DNA of 55,769 nt, the filler included, from Asterionella formosa (taxonomy: Eukaryota), in the NCBI GenBank assembly GCA_002256025.1. It is 6 parts of 6 records of this genome, joined end to end, with 100 filler letters (N's around TTAATTAATTAA, not from the genome) between each part and the next. Parts side by side here need not be neighbours in the genome. Positions count along the whole stretch, not along the records: positions 46,575 to 55,769 come from NKIB01010964.1; 5 more parts are not named here. One strand, given 5' to 3'. The notes under the pieces are model-generated. The model was given only the letters and a program-made list of their open reading frames with translations. It did not search any database and was not told the DNA's origin. The position numbers and the translations under genes were made by a program. This document shows, in pieces, positions 48,430 to 55,769 of this stretch (position 1 is its first letter; each line of letters begins with the position of its first letter).

Positions 48430-50146
48430 TCACCATCTACACATCTTGATGCCTCCTTTGATCAATATATGTTCTTTATGAATATATCGGCATATGCCTT
48501 GATGGCATTGATCTTTTGAACATCAAATACTATGCTGGATATGAATCGGCCTTAAATTGGTGGAGAAAGGTGGTTTGGAATTGTTTTTGCCACAGCACTG
48601 ATGATGATCAGTCCACAAGCATCCGAAAATTCACACATCCTGATGCCTCCTTTGATCAAAATATGTTCGTTCTCAGAATATCGACATTCGCCATGACGAC
48701 ATTGATCTCGTGTACGTTGAATACTATGCTGGATAGAAATCAACTTTAAAATGGTGGAGAAACGTGGTTTGGAATTTTTGTTGCCACAGCACTGAGGATG
48801 ATCAGTCCACAAGCACCGAAAATTCAAATACCATCCTGATGACCAATTTAATAAATATGTGTTTGTTCTGAGAATATCGATATTCGAAATGACAGGACTA
48901 TTCTCGTGTACATCGAATACCAAGTTGAATATGAATCGGTCTTAAATTGGTGGAGAAAGATGGTTTGGTATTTCTGTTGCCACAGCACTGATGATCAGTC
49001 CACAAGCATCCGAAATTTTACACATCCTGATGCCTCCTTGGATCAACAATGTTAGTTCTCATAATATCGACATTTGCCATGACGACAATGATCTCGTGTA
49101 CATTGGATACTATGCTGAGATAGAAATCAGCCTTAAAATAGTGGAGAAAGATGGCTTGGAACTTCCGACGCTACAGCACTGGTCATGCAGCAGTTCACAG
49201 CAAGCACCGAAAATTTACACATCCTAATGAACAATTTTATCAATATATTTTCGTTCTTAGTAGATCGACATTCATGATGACGGCATTGATGTTGTGGACA
49301 TCGAATACTATGATTGATATAAATTAGCCTTAAATTGATGGAGAAAGATGGATTGGAATTTGTTTTGGTTGCTACAGCCCTGATGATCAGTCCACAAGCA
49401 GCCACCGAGATTTTACACACCGTTACTATGCCTCCTTTGATCAATATTTGTTCGTTCTCAGAATATCGACATTCGCCATGGTGGGATTGATCTCCTGGAA
49501 ATCGAATACTAAGCTGGATAGAAATCGGCCCTTAAATTGCTGGAGAAAAATGGTTCGGAATTTTTGTTGCTATAGCGTTGGTGATGATCAGTCCACAAGC
49601 ACCGAAATTTTACTCATCATGATGACCAATTGATCAATTTATGTTCGTTCTGAGAATATCAACATTTGACCTGACGGCATTGATGTTGTGTACATCTAAT
49701 ACTATGCTATAAAGAATCGGCCTTAAATTGGCCAAGAAAGATTGTTTGGAATTTTTGTTGGTACATCACTGATGATCAGTCCAGCCACAAGCACCGAAAT
49801 TTTACAAATCCTAATGACCAATTGGATCTATAAATGTTCGTTCTGAGCATATCGCCATTCGAAATGATGGCACTGATCTCGTGTACATCGAATACTATGC
49901 TAGATAGAAATCAGCCTCGAAATGATGGCACTGTTCTCATATACATCGAATACTATGCTAGATAGAAATCGGCCTCAAAATGATGGCACTGATCTTGTTT
50001 ACATCGAATACTATGCTAGATAGAAATCGCCCTCAAATCGGTGGAGAAATATGTTTTGGAATTTTGGTTGCTACAGCACAGGTCATGCATTATTCCACAG
50101 GAAGCTCCGAAAATTTTACACATCCTGATGACAAATCTGATCAATA
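48430..50146. repeat. Satellite array, ~195-bp monomer, ~8 diverged copies
   Basis: Monomer anchors (ACATCCTGATG) at ~48440, 48635, 48831, 49022, 49219, 49417, 49613, 49806 and 50119. The eighth copy contains a triplicated ~58-bp sub-unit. Confidence 0.93.
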
Positions 50147-52134
50147 CTGACTAAGCATAGACTGCGCCAGCTTTTTCTTAAGTACAATTAACACAAATTC
50201 AGTACAAAATGAATGTCGACGAGGAGGTCCATCCGTGCCAGTTTTCTTAAGAATGAAAAGCAGCTGCTGGAATGTAAGGAACAAAAAATCACATTCATGG
50301 TAAAATGAATTTTTGTTATTGTTTTTGTTGTTGTTGTCTTCTTTTCTGCTATCATGGTTGTGTTCTTGTTGTCGTTATCGCTGTCCCTGTTGTTTCTGCT
50401 GTCATTTCTCTTGTTCTTATTGTTGGAACTAAGGCGCTGTCTATTGTTTCGTTGTGTACTGAGGAGGATGTATAGTACCCTTCTCTTCCTTGGTATTCTT
50501 TGCCCTGTGTTCGAACTTGAACATGCATTGTTTGAAATGGAATGTAAAAAGGTCTTGCTTGTTAATAACCAGCCATCATCTGACTCTGGTGTGAATTTCG
50601 TTCTTGCTTCCAGATAACAAGGACTCTGTTGTGGGCCGGTTCCTCTGGAAGAAACATGCAGGCATTTTTTGTTTCTCCTTGTCGTCACAGAAAGGATGCA
50701 TCTGAAAGTTCGAGAAATACATGATAAGCAGTTAATATTTTGAGAAATGGAAGCAGGATGTGTTACATTATTGTTGTTCTTTTTGTTGTTTCTCTGCACC
50801 GTAGTTTTCTTTGTCTTGTGCTCGGAACTATATTTGACTGCTGTTGTATTTCCTTTACCTCCATTTCGTTCTTCTTCTTGCTTGTGCTGTTTGAAATTGA
50901 AACAGTGGCCAGTCATGAACTTACTCTGCGAAACTTGTTCTTTTTCTACTGACAATCAATCTGTTCTTGGCAGGGCAGGGTTGAACCTCGGGAATAATGA
51001 AATGCGTCATGCTCTGTGTCAGACAGGGTATCAATCATTTGTTATTCGCATCGTTGAAAGGATTCCTCTGGGGCAAAGGGGACAAATATATACATGAAAA
51101 GCAAGTGAAATGTTTTCTTGCCTTCTGCTGATATTGTTTGCTGTTGCTTGTTGTGGATCTCCTCTCCTATTCTCCTTTGTCTTTGTTCGGCGTTCGGAAT
51201 TGTTAGCGCATGAATTAGAAGAAGGGCTTGATTGTGTGCCATTTACTTGTTGATCACAAACTTACTGGCATGATAAGCACAACGACAACGATGCCTTTGT
51301 ACTATCAATTGTTTGTTCATGAACTCACTCTGCAACTGTTGTTCACTGATCGCAGACAATCAATTTGACGAGGGCTGGGTTGGCCATTTTGGAACATGGT
51401 AAGGAGCACAACTGAACCGAAATCATGACTTCGCAGCTTTTGTTTTCTCATCAACTCACTCTGCAAATGTTGCCCTCTTTCTACAACTGACAATCAATCT
51501 GAGCAATGAGAATGAGCAGCCGGCTCATTTGCTATGAATTGATCTACCGGTATTAGTAACAGGGACTCCTGCAAGTATGAGTAGCCAAGCAATCTTGTGA
51601 TTAGTTACAGCATCCAGCTGCAAGAATGAACATGTATTCCTTGTCTTTTTGGTTTGAGAATGGTGTTCTATAGAAAGCATCAATATGAACTATATATGCA
51701 TAGCGAAGCGATTATTAATTTGATTGACTTTGCGATTGTAGAATTGAATTGAAATGTTGATTGGTTACACATAATTATTTGCTTGACTAGTAGCATATAT
51801 ATTTGCTTAACCTTGAGTTATTAATGTGATCAAAGTAAAGATAAAATGGGATCAAACAAACAGAATTAATTAATGGTAGTGAGAGTGAAGAATATTTGTG
51901 AGCGGAAATGTTGCGAATTGTAGAGAAAAGTAGCGTATTATAGAGATTATTACTTAAAAAAAATTTCTTCACATCGCCAGGAAGGTCTGGTAATCAACGC
52001 ACATAGAGTGCAAGTTGCTCGTTTTCTGTTCATCGATTCACATACGAGAAAAGGCAGGCCCCAAAATTGTCGAACCCCTAAATTTTGCACTACTCGTCCG
52101 TTATTCTTTAAATAGTTGTTTTCATAGACGTTAA

Positions 52135-52745
52135 GCCCTAAGTCATTTTATTGTCAAAATGAAAAAGTCAGTAGTTAGTAAGTTAAGTCATTTTATTGTC
52201 AAAATGAACTTAAAGTCAGTAGTTAGTAAGTTGAAGTCAGCAGTCAGCAGTCAGCGATTTTTTCAAAATTTTAGCAAATCAAGTCAGCATTCAGCGAAAC
52301 GAAGTCCGCAGTCAGTAGTTAGCAAGTTGAAGTCAGCATTTTTACAATAGTACATCATGGTAGCAATATGAAGAAGTAGATTAATAGCAAAGATTTTTTC
52401 AGGCATCTACCAGTATGTCTATTTCACAGTTTTTATCATGTACGGAGTGTACCAGGTACCTCTGTGTTACTCCCTGTACCAAATAGTATGAACATAGAAG
52501 GCATCGCGTTTAGTATCCCAATAACGGAAAGATGTGTTTCCATTGTTATTCAAATATGAAAAGTAAACACGATTCATACACTGGTACTGGTAGTTGGTCT
52601 CTTCCTGTGTACAAAGTAGGTTTCTTGACGTCAGCATGTTGAAGTTAGCAGTCAGCAACTGCTTGTCAGTAGTCAGCAAATGAAGTCATCAGTCAGCGAA
52701 AATTTCAAATTTTCAGCAAGTCAGCCAAGTCAGCAGTTAGCAACA
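52135..52745. repeat. Degenerate AGTCAGC/AGTTAGT heptamer repeats in two blocks (52135-52345 and 52628-52745)
   Basis: Repeated AGTCAGCAGTCAGC and AAGTCAGTAGTTAGTAAGTT; TAAGTCATTTTATTGTCAAAATGAA occurs twice. Confidence 0.8.
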
Positions 52746-54031
52746 GAAATTTTATAACGGTTACAGGTAATATCAATAAATGGAAATATTTTGAGATTTT
52801 TCATCATTTCGGAATTGGTGAGCTGGTCAGACTTCTAATGAAGTAGGTTGAAACCGCTATGTGGTATTTTTAGTAAATAGTGCGCGCAATGTGCTGATTA
52901 CCAGACCTTCCAGAAAATATTGTGAGTTGGCCCCAAAAACTATGTGGGTTTCCAAAATAATTATGGAAGTTTTCGAAACTATTTTAGTTCACTCCGTTCA
53001 TATATATTGTATGATGCGTCATATTTTTTATGTGATGTCATACCCTTAAATTATTTACATACCGGTAGCTAAATTCGTCATATTGGGCCACCCAAATAAT
53101 TTAATTTGGGTGATCATATTTGACTAGTGTTTTTTTCTGGTGGCTGTACCAGAAATCGGCGTTGTAGATGAATGCCAAGCATGTTGTGTTGAATAACAAT
53201 CTGAGCATAATGAAGTGCTTCTGTCTCCTTCTTGATGTTGGAAGCTCGACTTTTTCTTTACTTCGGCATGGTGGTGCTGGTTTGCATGATAGCTGTGTGC
53301 TGTTTTTCATATCCAGTGGACTGACGGATAAATACATATCAAAATCCTCAATCAGATATAGGTGCGCCATTATCATTTGCCATCTCTGTACAATTCAATT
53401 CCAAAACAAAATCTATATTGCTGTAAATGTGGTTAACGTTCAGACACTACTAAGTAAATCAATATCGAAATATTTGTATACATCGTTGTATTATATGATG
53501 ATGAGAACTCCAAAATTACCCTAATCCGTGTTCCCTATTTCCAGCAATCTTTAGAGATGAACAACTGACTCCAAATCTCAAACTGAATACATAGCTGACA
53601 AGCCACATGCTCGAGAAGGAGCCAGAACTCTCAGAATTTACCTTTACTTAAGTTTTGATGGCAACGCACACGTGTTATTCTGGGTCACGGCAGTTCAAAA
53701 ATATTCTCGATGGTCATGGCAGTTCTTCACTGGCACCTTGCCTTCCAAGTTGCGGTGAAACAGAAATTTAGCTTTGTTTTCCTCGAAGTCAAAAACTTCT
53801 TTACCCTACCGGTATACCGTAAAACCTGGTGTCTCGTATCCCCCCAGATACCTGTACCCCCCTTTGTACATCTGGCGCAACACTCCCAAATATTTCCTGT
53901 GTACAGAAAAAATAACACAACATAAACGTATTCTATTTATTAGTATGTATTTTCGTATATTACCGGTACCCTACTGTTTCCGGTAAAGTATCATCACCTG
54001 TAAAATATCGTCACATATACCGGTTGGCAAC

Positions 54032-54424
54032 ATGATGATTGCGGACGACATTCGTGATGGCGAAATCCTTGGCCTCAGAGGTACCACCAATGGAAGAAGC
54101 TGTGAGCAGCATGCCTGCTGTGGGGCAATTGTGAGGCCGAATGATTGTGTTCGGTTCAAGGCAGCAGTGGTCCCGATTGATGGAGTTGATCAGGCAGGTA
54201 TCAAGGCTGTTCTGATCCTTGATGGGACGGAACTGTGCACGGTTGGTTTCCTTGGCAAGAATATTGCAGCTTTGAAGAAAACAAGTGACAAGTTTGTCAA
54301 CAAGTTTGCTCAAGTTATTGAACTCTATGACTCTAGTGAAAATGCTGCCAAAAGGGCAAAAAGCCACAATAACCTTGGAGTTTGTTCATTCCGGCTTCTT
54401 GAGGACATCCAGATTCAGGAATAG
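54032..54424 (+). CDS. 130-aa protein with a Cys/His cluster and HIRAN-like pattern; putative transposon accessory gene
   Basis: Intact ORF, GEILGL..NGRSCEQHACCG..VRF..IKAV...DG..CTVGFL..FAQVIELY, convergent with the transposase. Confidence 0.7.
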   Translation: MMIADDIRDGEILGLRGTTNGRSCEQHACCGAIVRPNDCVRFKAAVVPIDGVDQAGIKAVLILDGTELCTVGFLGKNIAALKKTSDKFVNKFAQVIELYDSSENAAKRAKSHNNLGVCSFRLLEDIQIQE

Positions 54425-54663
54425 ATGTTATGAAAACTGGACAAGCCTTTGAATACTTCAACCAATCTACACTAGAATGTTAATAATAGTATTAGAAATT
54501 AGCATTTTCAGCATTAGAATCACTCCGTTTTGGGTTTTTTGTAGTCATCAGCTTAATTTATTTGCCTATTAGGAAATGCCATCCTGAATCTAATTGACGA
54601 TAATGATTGTTTCACTAAAACTAAATGTTAAAATAGATTATCAAATAATCCAATCCTTATTGA

Positions 54664-55769
54664 CTAGTCAACATCAGCAAAGCCCTCATATCCAATGCTC
54701 TTCCAGGTATTGGTGATTGTTTGAATTGAGACTCTAGCCCATGCCATCTCTACCCATTGTGCAATGTGGTGCCTTTGCACCTTGGGATTATCCACATTGG
54801 CAACCATGTAGTCTTCCCAATATCCTCTCATGTAGTCCTTGAAGGGCTTATTAACTCCTACATCCAACACTTGAAGTCTAGATGTGTAGCCTGGGAGGAC
54901 GAAATCAATCTCAGTGCCGCAATTTTTAATTGCATCAACACAACGTCCTACCTTGTGGACAGTAAAATCATCCATAAGAAGGTGAGTAGGCTCACCGCCT
55001 TTTCCCAACGCAAATGGTTGCCAAACTTTTTCGATCCATTGTAAAAATATGTCTGTATCAACCCAAGCTTTGGGTTGACAAGCGTATTTAATACTGACCG
55101 GAAAAAGTTGTTGATTGTTGTCTAGTAATCCCAATTGCCTGGAAATACGTCCATCCCTTGTTCCTGTAAATACAATGAATGGTGGCAACTTCTCACCACT
55201 CATTGTCACCCCTAACAACACAGTGCAACGATTCGAATTTCCTGTTGTTCGAAGCCCAATGGTCCTTTCGCCTCGGGTTGCCAAAGTCTTTGATCCAAAC
55301 ATGTCAAAATTGATGTTTGTCTCATCAATATTGACAATGTTTCCAGCAGGAAATTCGAACGCAGCAATTTGATTGTTGACGTAGGAAACAAAATCTTGAA
55401 TTGTCTCCTGATCCAGCCTTGTATTTTGGGCGACACGAGTCACACGCCTAATGACAATGTCCTCACGGGCAAGCCAGCGCTTGATCCGTTTTTCAAGTGC
55501 CTTCAGCGACACATTTTCGTTCCCAGGTTGCCTCTTAAGCTCAACACTGAGCATCCTGGTGGTGCAGGCCCTATCTTGAAGCCGCAACTGGTCAAAAAGA
55601 GTCTTCAATCCTTCGAAATCAGCAGCACTTTTTGGAGAGCGGCCCGGGTGAGCGATTTTTTTCATCAACACCTGCCTCTGAATCACACCTTCTTCCTGCA
55701 GAGGAATCTCCGCCACCTCCGCCGGAACCACAACCATTGCACCATCCAGCATGGACTTCCAGCTCCGGA
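54664..55769 (-). CDS. pogo/Tigger-type transposase (CENP-B-like HTH + DDE_1, DD35D); frame open to the window edge
   Basis: Catalytic motifs NIDET, LLMDDFTVH and LQVLDVGVNKPFK, with 35 residues between the 2nd and 3rd Asp; KLPPFIVF and KAW also present. No internal stops. Confidence 0.95.
   Translation of the reverse strand, partial: RSWKSMLDGAMVVVPAEVAEIPLQEEGVIQRQVLMKKIAHPGRSPKSAADFEGLKTLFDQLRLQDRACTTRMLSVELKRQPGNENVSLKALEKRIKRWLAREDIVIRRVTRVAQNTRLDQETIQDFVSYVNNQIAAFEFPAGNIVNIDETNINFDMFGSKTLATRGERTIGLRTTGNSNRCTVLLGVTMSGEKLPPFIVFTGTRDGRISRQLGLLDNNQQLFPVSIKYACQPKAWVDTDIFLQWIEKVWQPFALGKGGEPTHLLMDDFTVHKVGRCVDAIKNCGTEIDFVLPGYTSRLQVLDVGVNKPFKDYMRGYWEDYMVANVDNPKVQRHHIAQWVEMAWARVSIQTITNTWKSIGYEGFADVD

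Larger units (their letters stand above)
53817..55769 (-). mobile_element. pogo-superfamily DNA transposon; one putative terminus visible, the other beyond the window end
   Basis: TA|CCGTAAAACCTGGTGTCTCGTATCCCCCC...GTACCCCCC..TGTACAT has the same layout as the MITE terminus at 11250 and lies ~850 bp downstream of the transposase stop. Confidence 0.7.

Noticed and set aside
48430..50146. Possible CRISPR-like array
   Set aside because: Whole monomers are homologous with no unique spacers; eukaryotic context and no cas genes.
46881..53782. 36-bp inverted match (GGAAAAC...TTTCACCGCAACTT) that could be the TIRs of a 6.9-kb element
   Set aside because: The motif resembles the 31717 MITE terminus, and by that polarity the two copies face outward; no TSD. 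More likely independent fragments.

Overview
Eukaryotic genomic DNA, most likely a diatom or related stramenopile (short GT-AG introns, bipartite plastid-type presequences, PsbP-like protein, SBPase, ShK-prolyl 4-hydroxylase). The window is not one locus. It is six unrelated ~9.2 kb scaffolds in descending size order (1-9234, 9335-18550, 18651-27866, 27967-37177, 37278-46474, 46575-55769), joined by 100-nt N44-TTAATTAATTAA-N44 linkers. Scaffolds 3-5 are gene-rich: bromodomain-PWWP protein, MATE transporter, Alba, acetamidase/formamidase, PsbP-like, ShK-P4H, HXXEE, kelch, purple acid phosphatase, fucosyltransferase-like and SBPase. Scaffolds 1, 2 and 6 are mostly repeats and decayed mobile DNA. 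Highlights: (i) a pogo-type DD35D transposon that appears to carry a second intact, convergent ORF with a Cys/His cluster and a HIRAN-like pattern inside its terminus; (ii) dense TACCGGTA/TACCWGGTA palindrome clusters upstream of genes that match the ends of TA-targeting MITEs in the same window, possibly accumulated excision footprints or a promoter motif; (iii) a dispersed ~700-bp element with a conserved ~36-bp-stem hairpin; (iv) a 62-nt tRNA-like Pol III unit lacking a normal anticodon arm; (v) a ~195-bp satellite with hints of higher-order structure. All calls come from reading the sequence by eye; no database searches were run.
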